The position numbers and the translations under genes were made by a program. The notes beneath the pieces are model-generated. The model was not told the DNA's origin. It made no database searches and was given only the letters and a program-made list of their open reading frames with translations. Shown here in pieces: positions 54,244 through 64,000 of a stretch of 64,000 bases of DNA. Each line of letters opens with the position of its first letter. Position 1 is the first letter of the stretch. The stretch is from an uncultured Acidobacteriaceae bacterium (GTDB taxonomy: Bacteria; Acidobacteriota; Terriglobia; Terriglobales; Acidobacteriaceae), in the NCBI GenBank assembly GCA_963808695.1, contig CAWEHF010000026.1, positions 14,161 to 78,160 on the forward strand. Reading direction: 5' to 3'.

Positions 54244-55086
54244 ATGGCAAAGGGTCCAATTGACCAGAGTCAGGCAGCCGATTATCACCAAAACGGGTTT
54301 GTTCTCGTTCGGCAAATGTTGGATGCGGAAGAGATCGACTTGCTAGGCCGTTCCGCCCGTGAAGACCGCGTTCTCGATCAGCACAGCTACGGAAGGGCCG
54401 ACGGCGAGGGTGGCACAGTCCGGCTGTCGCTGTGGAATCATCCTACAGATACGATCTACGGCATGGTTGCGCGCAGTAACTCCATCGTTGGCTCAGCCGA
54501 GAGGCTGCTCGATGGCGAGGTCTACCACTACCACTCCAAGATGATCATGAAGGACGCAAAAGTCGGGGGCGCGTGGGCATGGCACCAGGACTATGGATAC
54601 TGGTATCAGAATGGAGTCTTGTTCCCGCTTTTGACGAGCGCTTACATCGCGGTCGATCGCGCCACAAGAGAAAATGGCTGTCTCCAGGTGATCCGAGGGT
54701 CCCATGAGCTTGGCCGCATCGATCATGTCCTGACCGGAGATCAGGCAGGGGCCGACCTGTCCCGCGTCCAGGAAATTCTGAAGCGGATGGAGCTGGTCTA
54801 TGTCGAAATGGAACCCGGCGATACCCTCTTCTTTCACGCGAATCTGCTTCACCGCTCCGATCAGAACCGTTCCGAAAACCCGCGTTGGGGAATGATCTGC
54901 TGTTACAACGCCGCACGAAACGATCCATACAAGGAATCTCATCACCCGCGCTACACACCCCTGATCAAGGTCGCTGACTCTGAAATCAGGAAGGCCGGCC
55001 AAACCAGGTTCACGAGTCTTTCTGAGGCCGGGTGGCTTGAAGCGGAAAAAGACGAAAGCGCGAAGGTTCTCGGCAAGCAGGTCTAG
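54244..55086 (+). CDS. phytanoyl-CoA dioxygenase (PhyH) family Fe(II)/2-oxoglutarate oxygenase
   Basis: ATG at 54244 after GAGGAG. WAWHQDYGYW (HxD) and FFHANLLHRSDQNRS. Confidence 0.8.
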   Translation: MAKGPIDQSQAADYHQNGFVLVRQMLDAEEIDLLGRSAREDRVLDQHSYGRADGEGGTVRLSLWNHPTDTIYGMVARSNSIVGSAERLLDGEVYHYHSKMIMKDAKVGGAWAWHQDYGYWYQNGVLFPLLTSAYIAVDRATRENGCLQVIRGSHELGRIDHVLTGDQAGADLSRVQEILKRMELVYVEMEPGDTLFFHANLLHRSDQNRSENPRWGMICCYNAARNDPYKESHHPRYTPLIKVADSEIRKAGQTRFTSLSEAGWLEAEKDESAKVLGKQV

Positions 55087-55129
55087 AGCAGTTTCGGAAT
55101 ACACGTAGACTTTTCGAGAGCAGTGAAAG

Positions 55130-55156
55130 GTGGCGTTTTCTTAAGGAAAACGCCAC
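55130..55156. terminator. bidirectional terminator hairpin between convergent genes
   Basis: GTGGCGTTTTC-ttaag-GAAAACGCCAC (11-bp stem) flanked by AAA/TTT. Nested in the longer inverted repeat 55089..55194. Confidence 0.6.
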
Positions 55157-55311
55157 TTTGTTCCGTGCTTTCGGTCTACACCAATTCCGAAACTTCTGTA
55201 GTCGAGCTTCGGGGTAGAGCCAAATAAGTCCCGAAGGAACGGCGGCGCGCAGCCCAGCGCGATCACCGTCCACGGCTCACTATCCACTGTCCACGAATCA
55301 CGAATTCCCGT

Positions 55312-57114
55312 TTACTGCTTGTCCACATCAACGTAGTAGAGTTCCGTCGCAACCTGTAAATCGTCCTTGGCGAGCGGGGTCTTCATCCATTGCCACTCAG
55401 TCGTTTTCGGATGAATGATCTGCCAGTGATCCGGCGATCCCACGCGCACCGGCATGCTGAAGTCCTCTTCGTCGGCCATCCATTTGTAGCCGACGAGGCC
55501 CGGCGCTTCGCCAAACAGCAGCTCCAGGCGCGGAATGTGCGGGTGGCGCAGATACTGGTCGAAGATCGGCGTCAGATTCATGCCTGAATGCTGATTGAAG
55601 TAGCTCACCACGTCGGGCGTCATGATGTTCTGGTACTTGTAGCGCTGATAGAATCCCCGAATCAGCGCGAACCACCTGGCATCGTCGTCAATCACGCTGC
55701 GCAGCGTATTCAGCATCAACGCGCCTTTGAAGTATTGGTCCTCGGTCGGCTCTGAGTTCACGCCGTGCTCGGCAATAATCGGCCGCATGTTTACGATCTT
55801 CGGCTTCAATCCATTCAGATACTTGATGCCGTCGGCCTTGCCCCAGCGGTATTCAACGTACAGGCCCTCCATGTAGGTTGCCCACCCCTCGTGGATCCAC
55901 ATGTCCGACTCGTCGTCTGCGGTAATGCTGTTGCCGAACCACTCATGCGCGCTCTCGTGAATGATGATGAAGTCGAACTTGAGGCTGATGCCGACGCCGG
56001 CCCAGTCGCGTCCCAGGTAGCCGTTCTTGAATAAGTTGCCGTAGGCCACGGCGCTCTGGTGTTCCATGCCCGAGTACGGCACTTCGATCAGTTTGTATCC
56101 GTCCCGCGCAAACGGATACGGCCCAAAGTAGTGATCGTAGGCCTTCAACATCTCCGGCGCCTGCGCAAACTGCACCTTGGCCTTGTCCAGGTCCTCGGGC
56201 AGCACGTAGTAGTCAAGCGGAATGTCGCCCAGCTTCTCGCCCCAATGCACGTAGTTCCCAATGTTCAGCGCCACATCGTAGTTATTGATGGGGTAGCTCA
56301 CGTGCCAGTCCCAGCGCGTAAAGCCGTCGCCGAGATCGGTCTTGCCCACAAAGCGTCCGTTCGATACATCGGTCAGCCCGTTGGGCACCGCCACGCTGAT
56401 GTCCATGCTCTCAACTTCATCGCGCCACTGGTCCTTGTTCGGCCACCACACGCTCGCGCCTTCGCCTTCGCACGCGGTGTTGATCCAGTCGTGTCCCGAC
56501 GAGTCCTTCTTGAACGTGATGCAGCCGAACCGTCCTTCCGCAGGAGGATTCCCTGAGTAATAGAACTCGATCTCATAGACCTGTCCCGTGTGCAGCGTCT
56601 CAGGAAAGTCGATGAACACCGCTCCCGTGTCGCGCTCGTACTTGAGCGGCGCGCCTTTGAACAGGATCTTGTCGATGTTCAGCTTCTCGCTCAGGTCGAG
56701 CTGGATGCGCGTTCCGTCTTTCAGCATGCGGAAACGCACCGTGTTCCTGCCGCCGATAAATTTCTTGGCGGGGTCGACGCGAATATCGAGGTGGTAATAC
56801 AGCAGATCGTTGTTCGCGCGGAAGGGCCCGTACGCTCCGCGCAGAAAGTCGAATCGCGTGGGTATCGTCGGGGCCATGTCAATCGGTCGAATCGGCGGCC
56901 TGGGCTTCGCCTGCGGCGGCTTCTGGTCAGTTTGCGGCGGTTTCTGGTCAATTTGAGCAGCAGGCTGCGCCCCTGCACTCTGTGTCGTCGCATTCTGTGT
57001 CGCCGAGCTCTGCGCTCCCTGCGCGTTCAGGCAGGCGGCGCCCACGACCGCGCCCATGGGGATCAATAGAATCAGCGCCCGACAGGCGCCCTTGCCAAAC
57101 CTTCGAATTTGCAT
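55312..57114 (-). CDS. M1-family zinc aminopeptidase, secreted
   Basis: ATG at 57114. Signal peptide. YSGMEHQS, HESAHEWFGNS and WIHEGWATYME (HExxH-E18-E). Confidence 0.9.
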   Translation of the reverse strand: MQIRRFGKGACRALILLIPMGAVVGAACLNAQGAQSSATQNATTQSAGAQPAAQIDQKPPQTDQKPPQAKPRPPIRPIDMAPTIPTRFDFLRGAYGPFRANNDLLYYHLDIRVDPAKKFIGGRNTVRFRMLKDGTRIQLDLSEKLNIDKILFKGAPLKYERDTGAVFIDFPETLHTGQVYEIEFYYSGNPPAEGRFGCITFKKDSSGHDWINTACEGEGASVWWPNKDQWRDEVESMDISVAVPNGLTDVSNGRFVGKTDLGDGFTRWDWHVSYPINNYDVALNIGNYVHWGEKLGDIPLDYYVLPEDLDKAKVQFAQAPEMLKAYDHYFGPYPFARDGYKLIEVPYSGMEHQSAVAYGNLFKNGYLGRDWAGVGISLKFDFIIIHESAHEWFGNSITADDESDMWIHEGWATYMEGLYVEYRWGKADGIKYLNGLKPKIVNMRPIIAEHGVNSEPTEDQYFKGALMLNTLRSVIDDDARWFALIRGFYQRYKYQNIMTPDVVSYFNQHSGMNLTPIFDQYLRHPHIPRLELLFGEAPGLVGYKWMADEEDFSMPVRVGSPDHWQIIHPKTTEWQWMKTPLAKDDLQVATELYYVDVDKQ

Positions 57115-57261
57115 GACACATCCTATCTTATTGGTCCGGCCCCAAAGTACCGGCCGTGCGCCCAGGCACGCGCGTCGCACGCTGTGGCCCGCAGTCCAGT
57201 TTGCCTGTTGACGTTTTAGCTCGCCACCTTCTAATGTTTCCGGTCGAGGAGATTTGTTCCC

Positions 57262-58422
57262 ATGCCATCCTTGTCTGATTTCCGTTTTCGGTTCCTGCTT
57301 GTCCTGATCGTTCTGCTGGCCGGTTGTGGAAGCGGCGGCGGTTCAACAAGCACCGGGGCCACTACACCGCAGGCCGCCGCGCCAACCATCTCAACCACCG
57401 CGGCGCAAGGTGGCGCAGTCATCGTGTCGCTGGCTTCCACTACATCCGGCGCAACCATCTACTACACCGTGGATGGATCCACGCCCACGACCTCGTCACA
57501 GATCTACGAAGCGCCCTTCCTGGTTGCGTCGAACCTCACCGTGAATGCGATGGCCACAGCTTCGGGCGACACCAAAAGCAGCGTAGCCACGCAGGCCTTC
57601 TCGCCCAACATTCCCTCCGGCACCCTTGTTTGGAGCGACGAGTTCTCCAACACCGGCACGGCCAACGTGTTGCCGAGCGCAACCAACTGGACCTACGACA
57701 TCGGCACGGACTGCTGCGGCAATGATGATCAGGAAACCTACTGCGCCGCGGGCTCCAGCACGAGTCCCTGCAATCCTTCGAATCCGAACGCTTACATCGC
57801 TCCCGGCGGCGGCTTGAACATCGTCGCGGAGAACCCGTCGAATGGCGTTTACACCTCAGCGCGGCTCAAATCGCAGGGGCTGTTCAGCTTCCAGTATGGC
57901 CGCATCGAAGCGAAGATGACGCTGCCCGAGTCACAGGGCATGTGGCCGGCGTTCTGGCTGCTGGGCAACAACATCGCTACCATCAACTGGCCGGCGTGCG
58001 GCGAACTCGACATCATGGAACACATTGACGGCAGCAACCCGCCGCCGTATGCCGGTGGCACTCCTGAGGGCTATGACTGGATCGCCGGCTCGGTGCATGG
58101 CGGCGCCAGCAGCAATGAGGAGAACGAATCCCAACAATATCATCCAACCGGATTTTCCGCTGCGGCGTCGCACACCTACGGCATGATCTGGACGAAGGGG
58201 CAGATTCAGTATTACGTAGACAGCCAAACCAACGTCTACGCGACCTTCAATTCGACTGACTCCACCTGGGCGCCGACCCCGTGGCCCTTCGACGCAGGCC
58301 CGCAGTTCATCATTCTGGACCTGGCGGTGGGCGGCGACTGGCCGGGAGACGTCAACGTCGGCTCGCCCACCGTCTTCCCGTCGACCATGCAGGTGCAGTA
58401 CGTGCGCATTTACACGAATTGA
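57262..58422 (+). CDS. GH16 beta-glucanase lipoprotein with N-terminal chitobiase/FN3-associated-like domain
   Basis: Lipobox LLAGCG. GATIYYTVDGSTPTTSSQIYEAPF. Catalytic GELDIMEH. Confidence 0.85.
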   Translation: MPSLSDFRFRFLLVLIVLLAGCGSGGGSTSTGATTPQAAAPTISTTAAQGGAVIVSLASTTSGATIYYTVDGSTPTTSSQIYEAPFLVASNLTVNAMATASGDTKSSVATQAFSPNIPSGTLVWSDEFSNTGTANVLPSATNWTYDIGTDCCGNDDQETYCAAGSSTSPCNPSNPNAYIAPGGGLNIVAENPSNGVYTSARLKSQGLFSFQYGRIEAKMTLPESQGMWPAFWLLGNNIATINWPACGELDIMEHIDGSNPPPYAGGTPEGYDWIAGSVHGGASSNEENESQQYHPTGFSAAASHTYGMIWTKGQIQYYVDSQTNVYATFNSTDSTWAPTPWPFDAGPQFIILDLAVGGDWPGDVNVGSPTVFPSTMQVQYVRIYTN

Positions 58423-58557
58423 GGGGCTCACTATCGTTTGCAGGCGGCCGCGCGCAACTGACCCATCCATTAAGATCAAAGGCGCCGACTGAGCTATGGC
58501 ACTACGAGGTAAAGATCTCCAAACGGGTGGGAAAGCCGCGAACTTTCGAAGCCGGTG

Positions 58558-58947
58558 CTACCTCGCCGCCGACAGGAACTCAGGCGATTTCCTCAGCGCG
58601 GGCGTCCAGCGGTCTTTGCTCCCTGCATTCAACACGTGAACGGGCAGAGCCTTGAGGGGCGTGAATCCCGCAGGCTCCAGTCTTGCGACCGTTGCTGAAA
58701 CTGCGGGAACATGGATTCGTATCTGTGCCGGAAATCCGAGCCGCACCGGCGGTACCGGAGTTGCTGTGAAGGCTGGAACATGATCCGGTCCCGCTTCGAA
58801 GCAGGACTCGGCCGTTCCAATTGGCGTCTGCGCATGCGCAGAGGCGAGGCCCAGAAACATGACTACAACCAAGCCAAAAGCCATTACCGGAAAAGCGGCA
58901 AGGCGAAACTGGGCCCCTACGCGACGTACTTTTCTCGTTTGCCGCAT
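58558..58947 (-). CDS. small secreted hypothetical protein
   Basis: Signal peptide AAFPVMAFGLVVVMFLGLASAHA. Divergent from the wHTH gene. Confidence 0.35.
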   Translation of the reverse strand: MRQTRKVRRVGAQFRLAAFPVMAFGLVVVMFLGLASAHAQTPIGTAESCFEAGPDHVPAFTATPVPPVRLGFPAQIRIHVPAVSATVARLEPAGFTPLKALPVHVLNAGSKDRWTPALRKSPEFLSAAR

Positions 58948-59212
58948 TTGGGGAACTCTCCTGGGGAGCAGGAACAGTCTCGGCTGCTAGTGCACCGCTC
59001 CCGGATGTTTGCAAGGTACGAGCCCTGACGGGCTTGGTCAATGGACGCTATCTTAATTTTGGCTGAATTCTACCTGAACTTATAAACATATGATTTTATT
59101 AAAGTAACAGACGATTTTGCACCGCAGAGCTCTTAATTGTGGTATCGTGTTGCTACTTAAGATCCTTAAGAATCATCCTTCGATTGGGCCCTGTCATTGA
59201 ATTTCACTGGCT

Positions 59213-61116
59213 ATGGTAACCTCTCCTTCATCTATGCGGGCTCAGGCCCGCTTCGGGCCGTTTTCTCTCGATCTCCACTCCGGAGACCTGAGCAGGAATG
59301 GCAGGCCCATTCGATTGCAGGAGAAGCCGCGCAGTCTTTTGCTGGCTCTGGCCGAACGCCGCGGTGAGCTGGTCAGCCGCAAGGAACTCCACGAGCACCT
59401 CTGGTCCAACGACACCTTTGTCGACTTTGAGGAAGGGCTGAACGCGGCCATGAGCAAGCTGCGTGAGGCGCTCGACGACGATCCGCAGTCGCCCCGTTAC
59501 ATCGAGACCGTCCGCAGCCGCGGCTACCGCTTCGTGGCCAAGTCGAATTGGTCGCCGAAGCAACCGAGCCCCTGCCTCCCGCGGCCGTCCCCGTTCCGCC
59601 GGCTGCGTCCCCTCCGGTTGAACCTCAGCCGCCCGCACACGTGCCCTACCGGCCGTCGTTTAAGGCGATTATTGGCGCCGGCCTGGCCTGCGTCCTGCTC
59701 ACCGGTGCGGTTTTCTTCGCAATGCGCTGGCACGACACCCACATGCCGGTCATCTCCATCGCCGTGATGCCTTTCGTGAACAGCACCGGCGACGTCTCTC
59801 GCGATTACATCTGCAACGGCATTACCGAGGAATTGATCGCGCAGCTGGGAGCGCTTGCTCCGGGCCGGCTGCGGGTTATTGCGCCGGCTTCGGCTCGCAC
59901 GTACGCCAACACCAGCAAGTCGCTCGACCAGGTTGGCCGCGAGCTCAATGTCCAGTACCTGGTTGAGGGCAGTCTTGAGCAGCAGGGAGCCGATGTGCGC
60001 GTTTCGGCGCAACTCATCCGCATCGGCGATCAATCGCGCGTCTGGGCCGACGTATATAAGGGGGACCTCAGCGACCAGTTCGAGTTCGAGTCCAGCACGG
60101 CCAATTCAGTGGGTCACGCGCTTTCGCTTCATGTGCCCACGCTCCAGCAGACCAGGTACCGGCCGGGCAAGTTTGAGGCTCACGACGCCTATCTCAAGGG
60201 GTTGTACTTCTTCTCGCAGCGCTCCAAGAGCGGATTCGAAAAGGCAATTGAGAGCTTCAGCAGCGCCGTGGCCATCGACCCCAAGTATGCAGAGGCTTAT
60301 GCGCAGCTTGCCGATACCTACAACCTGATGGGGCAATACAGTTGGATGGACCCCGGAACCGCGCGCAGCCAGGCCTGGGCCGCCGCCGAGCAGGCTCTCT
60401 CGCTCGACCCGTCGCTGGCTGAGGCGCACGCGGCGCTGGGATTCTCTGCCTGGTATTACCAATGGAATCAGTCTGCGGCCGAGACGGAATTCCGCAAGGC
60501 CATCGCTCTCGAGCCCGAAAACGTGAATGCCCATCACTGGTACGAGCAGATGCTCATGACCGCGGGGCGCTTCAACGAAGCCGAGCAGCAGTTGCATGCT
60601 GCGCTCGATGTCGATCCGCGCTCGCCCATTCTGCGTACCAATCTGGCCTGGCTCTACGAGTATGAGGGACGCTTCCCCCAGGCCGTTCAACAGGTTCAGG
60701 AAGTGCTCGCTGAGAATCCCAACTTTCTTCCCGCTCATTACAAGCTCTGGTACATCTTTTCGGCCATGGGCGATCAAACCCGTGCCGCGCAGCAGTTCGA
60801 GTGGGTCCTTCGCGGCCTCTCCGATACCGCAATGCAGCGAAAAATCCTCGACCTTTACCACACCCTGGGTTATCCGGCCGCGTTGCGCGCCTGCGGCTCA
60901 ATCAACGACGCCCCATACTACGTTGGCAGTAAGGTCGACGGCGCGCGGTGCCTGGCGGCTCTCGGAGATAATGCTGCTACGCTCGCCGTCCTTGAGAGCG
61001 CCTTCCGCGATCACGAAGGTTGGATGCTTTACGTGGAGCAGGACCCGGCCTTTAAAGCCCTTCGCTCCGACCCGGCGTTCCAGCAGCTCATCGCCGAAGT
61101 GAAAAAAGCAGCCTGA
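59213..61116 (+). pseudogene. wHTH (OmpR/CadC-type)-TM-TolB-like-TPR regulator split by an apparent 1-nt frameshift near 59540-59550
   Basis: ORF 59213.. encodes FGPFSLDLHSGDL...RYIETVRSRGYRFVA, then runs on in a Pro/Arg-rich frame. ORF 59548..61116, in a different frame, encodes the TM segment, ISIAVMPFVN and TPR repeats, with no ATG start. Confidence 0.6.
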
Positions 61117-61376
61117 GAGTTCGCACTTACCAGCGGGTTTTCATCCTCATGTCTCCGACTCGCATCTCTCGCGAGCCGAAATCGCGTTGCAAATCCGGTT
61201 CGGTCGCCGGATTGAACGGCGTTTTCGAGAACTAATCATCTGCGATCGCTCCTAAAACGCTTTCAGTGAGCGCTTTGGCCTGTTTAGTGAAATCATCGTG
61301 GTAAGTCTCGCGTTTTCAGCGTAAAGTACTGGCGACGAAAGGGAAGTCCTCTCTGGGCATTGCGGAGGAGGTCGAC

Positions 61377-61898
61377 ATGGGGTTCTTGTCGCGGTTTTTC
61401 CTCAAACGAGCAGAGCCATCGCTCGACGATCTGGATAAGGCTGTCTCGATGAGTTTGCGCGCACTGAAGGTTGATCTGTGCGCAGACCTTAGTAATATTT
61501 ACTCCTCGCAAATGGATCATGAGGTGGCCAGAGCTCTCGCCGCACAAGTTGTGAATTTCCTTATGGGCGAGGACATCGACGAAATTGCCCGCGTTTCTGG
61601 CGAGCCGTTGCACTCTCGGATTATGGCCATATTGCCCCAGGTTAGGCAAAGGGCAGCGGAATACATGCAAGTTGACCGGCAGACTCGCGAGGTCATCGTT
61701 GCAACTCATCGCATGACGTCAGTCCTGAATTTCGGGAAATACGGAATAGCGTGGCTCCAGGACCCCGCGAAAATGCGAATCGAGCGGCTATTGGTTGAAT
61801 ACGGCCCTGAGTTCCCGCAAGAGATTACTCCAGGGGCCTACGCACAGCTGTTCGCCGCATATCATGCCGTCAAGCGCACGGCGTGGGCGGCGAAGTAA
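61377..61898 (+). CDS. hypothetical protein (173 aa)
   Basis: ATG after GGAGGAGG. No domain recognised. Lies in an AT-richer segment. Confidence 0.55.
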   Translation: MGFLSRFFLKRAEPSLDDLDKAVSMSLRALKVDLCADLSNIYSSQMDHEVARALAAQVVNFLMGEDIDEIARVSGEPLHSRIMAILPQVRQRAAEYMQVDRQTREVIVATHRMTSVLNFGKYGIAWLQDPAKMRIERLLVEYGPEFPQEITPGAYAQLFAAYHAVKRTAWAAK

Positions 61899-61935
61899 AA
61901 CTGCAGGTATATGAGGAACGGGCTGCAAGGATCTA

Positions 61936-62499
61936 TCACGGCTTGATTGTACGCAAAAAGGATGCTACGTCGTTTTTTACGAGATTATCGAAGGGATATG
62001 TTCCTCCAATAACCTCGCTATGAACCACATCTACGAACTCTTTGAGAGCCTTGAAGTACTTCTCATCGGCGCCTTTGGCAAACTCTCCCAGCGTAGCGTT
62101 TGCCTCGATTGTGGCGAGATCATTGTGTGACAATATCTTGTTGCGAGCGTCCAGCAGTTGAGAAGCAAAGCGGTCTAATTCTATTTTCAGCTGCTTAAGG
62201 CGAGCGCTTACGGAATCGGACCAGCCACCATATGTGAGTATGTAATCGATTCCAAGGTTGATATTGCCATTCGTAACGGCCTTATCATGGAGTTTGACGA
62301 CTTGAAGTAACGAATGCTCATGGCTGATGTTAGAGAGGCGTTCCCATTCTTTTCCCGCTGACGAATTGCAAAGTTCCGCGTTGCGCGGGTTATTGTCGAA
62401 TAGTTCGAGATAATTAAGCCAGTACTCATGCGCCTTGTCGCAGAGTGTACAGAACTGTTCAACGGCTAAGCGAGAAAGCGCGTGCGTTGATCTGGTCAT
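61936..62499 (-). CDS. HEPN-domain protein, AbiU2-like (187 aa)
   Basis: ATG at 62499 after AAGGA. R-x5-H motif DARNKILSHND (R119..H125; nt 62125..62145) near the C-terminal third. All-helical character and size fit AbiU2-type HEPN proteins. Confidence 0.5.
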   Translation of the reverse strand: MTRSTHALSRLAVEQFCTLCDKAHEYWLNYLELFDNNPRNAELCNSSAGKEWERLSNISHEHSLLQVVKLHDKAVTNGNINLGIDYILTYGGWSDSVSARLKQLKIELDRFASQLLDARNKILSHNDLATIEANATLGEFAKGADEKYFKALKEFVDVVHSEVIGGTYPFDNLVKNDVASFLRTIKP

Positions 62500-62854
62500 T
62501 CTCAATCCTTTCTTCTGTTCAGCCGTCGGACGTTGGGCCTTCCTCCAGCTTTTCAGTTCTTTAATCGCGATGTGCGCCCTGGCTGTAATCCTCATTTTAA
62601 TGTGTAAGACCACTCATCGACTGGACTCTACACGGCGATAGGCAGATCGGTGCCTGAAAAACGCCGACGTAGCCAGAATGGATTTTGGAATGATGCGAAA
62701 TCGCTAATGCACTCGTCGAGACAGCGATTAGGAATGGGAAGTCGTTCAGCGTCCAGCGAATTGCGCGCCGGGGATGGGCAACCGGCGGGATGCCGTTCTA
62801 ACTGTTGAGCTGTGTCTCTACTCAACTGGGTCACTGTTCAACTGTGCAATTGTT

Positions 62855-64000
62855 TCACTGTCTCCCCATCCCCCTGATCCAGCCCGCCACAAAATCGTGC
62901 ACGTACATCAGGCTCGTCGGGGTTGAAACGGTCTTCGCGCTCTCCTGCCCGGGCTCGCGAATCATCACCACCGGCCGTGGATCCCACTCTCCGCCGTGTG
63001 AAATTCGCTCGTCCTCCGCGCTCCAGCCCGGCAGCGGCCTCCACATCGCCGTTCGCCACGAGTGGTCGCCCTGCACAACCAGCGTTGTCGATGCCCATCT
63101 CGGCTGTTTTTCAAGCTCGCCAAGCATCTGGCCCAGCAGCCGGTCGCTGTAATCCAACCCATCAGCGTATGACCCGCCAATCGCGAACGTCTGAGTTCGC
63201 CGGTCCCAGAACCCCGGCGGGTGCGGCGCCGGAATGTGCAGGAAAATTATGTCCGCCTGGCTCGCGGCCAGCGTGTCGAGCGCGTGCCGGCTCACATCCT
63301 GAACTGAAGCGATGTGCCCCCGCTCGTTCCACGCCGCGTCGTCGGCCCAGGCGCGGCTCGGCCACACAAACTGCTCCACCATGATCCGCAGCGGAAACCA
63401 CACGTTCTCAGCAAAGCTCGCGTCCAGCATGGTCGGCCCGCGATCCTGGGCGTCGTCATTGCTCCAGTAACACTCTGTCGCCACCTTCTCGAACACCGGG
63501 CAATAGGCGATGTACCAGCCGATGATCGATGTCGTCACCCCATGCTGTGCCGCCAACCCGATCAGCGAATCCTGCGGATTGAACTCCTCCCAGTGTTTGT
63601 CCTCAATCTGCACCAGGTACTTGTTGCTGTTCGTGTATTCAACATCGGTCACCGCGCGGCCAAGCATCATCGTCGGCACCGCGCGGGTGGTGCGGTACGC
63701 AATGGGCGTCATGCTGGTGTAAATCGTGCTCTCGCTGCGCAGCCGGTCAAAATTCGGCAATCTCAGCGAAGCATCGCGCGCTTCGAATGTCTGCTTGTAG
63801 CCCAGCTCGTCAAAAAGCACCCACACCATACGCGGCCTGGTAGCCGGGGCGTCAGCAATGGGATGTGCGTAAGCCTGCGGTCCGGGTCGCCACAACGCTG
63901 CCCGCACGATTTGCACGGTCATCACCATGGCAAAGACGGCAAATCCCGTCAGAATCACGCTGCCGGCCTTGCGTATCTTTGTAGCCAGAGATTTGAACCG
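62855..64000 (-). CDS. sulfatase-like / alkaline-phosphatase-superfamily hydrolase-transferase, membrane anchored; N-terminus probably beyond window
   Basis: MVWVLFDELGY, FLHIPAPHPP, VVQGDHSWR. The reading frame stays open to nt 64000. Confidence 0.7.
   Translation of the reverse strand, partial: RFKSLATKIRKAGSVILTGFAVFAMVMTVQIVRAALWRPGPQAYAHPIADAPATRPRMVWVLFDELGYKQTFEARDASLRLPNFDRLRSESTIYTSMTPIAYRTTRAVPTMMLGRAVTDVEYTNSNKYLVQIEDKHWEEFNPQDSLIGLAAQHGVTTSIIGWYIAYCPVFEKVATECYWSNDDAQDRGPTMLDASFAENVWFPLRIMVEQFVWPSRAWADDAAWNERGHIASVQDVSRHALDTLAASQADIIFLHIPAPHPPGFWDRRTQTFAIGGSYADGLDYSDRLLGQMLGELEKQPRWASTTLVVQGDHSWRTAMWRPLPGWSAEDERISHGGEWDPRPVVMIREPGQESAKTVSTPTSLMYVHDFVAGWIRGMGRQ

Noticed and set aside
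53580-54315. Several 60-113-aa ORFs on both strands in the 750-bp gap
   Set aside because: They overlap each other, are rich in Arg/Pro/Gly/His and lack starts with an RBS. The region is treated as non-coding.

Overview
High-GC (~60% by eye) chromosomal segment. Gene content suggests an Acidobacteriota/Terriglobia-like soil bacterium: TonB-dependent receptors with CarboxypepD_reg N-termini and many secreted glycoside hydrolases. It has three parts. (i) 1-14.8 kb is a defence island that abuts the 3' end of a tRNA(CAU) gene and ends in a decayed integrase. It carries a translationally coupled three-gene module: SNF2 helicase fused to a DUF3883 nuclease-like domain, a DUF1156 DNA methyltransferase, and a DUF499 ATPase. 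This Hma-like R-M-like system is mechanistically uncharacterised as far as I know and is my top candidate for the system in this window. A secreted orphan, a GmrSD-type type IV restriction enzyme and small orphans follow it. (ii) 14.9-22.0 kb is a ~7-kb integrase-bearing integrative element bounded by 41-bp direct repeats. The repeats duplicate the 5' half (nt 1-40) of the same tRNA, which is an unusual polarity. The element carries an excisionase, a DUF3631 protein, XRE/HTH regulators, Zn-ribbon proteins, a two-membrane-protein cargo operon, arm-type repeats and a palindromic operator present three times. (iii) 22-64 kb is core chromosome. It holds glycan-utilisation loci (GH27, GH35-like, GH5, GH16, beta-helix protein, SGNH esterase, two TonB-dependent receptors). 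It also holds a TetR/ALDH/MFS plus FGGY-kinase/aldolase/aminotransferase/aldolase-like cluster, an M1 peptidase, a PhyH dioxygenase and a frameshifted wHTH-TPR regulator. A small AT-richer islet carries a HEPN (AbiU2-like) gene. I saw no rRNA, CRISPR array or transposase. All domain calls come from motifs read in the supplied translations; no database search was run.
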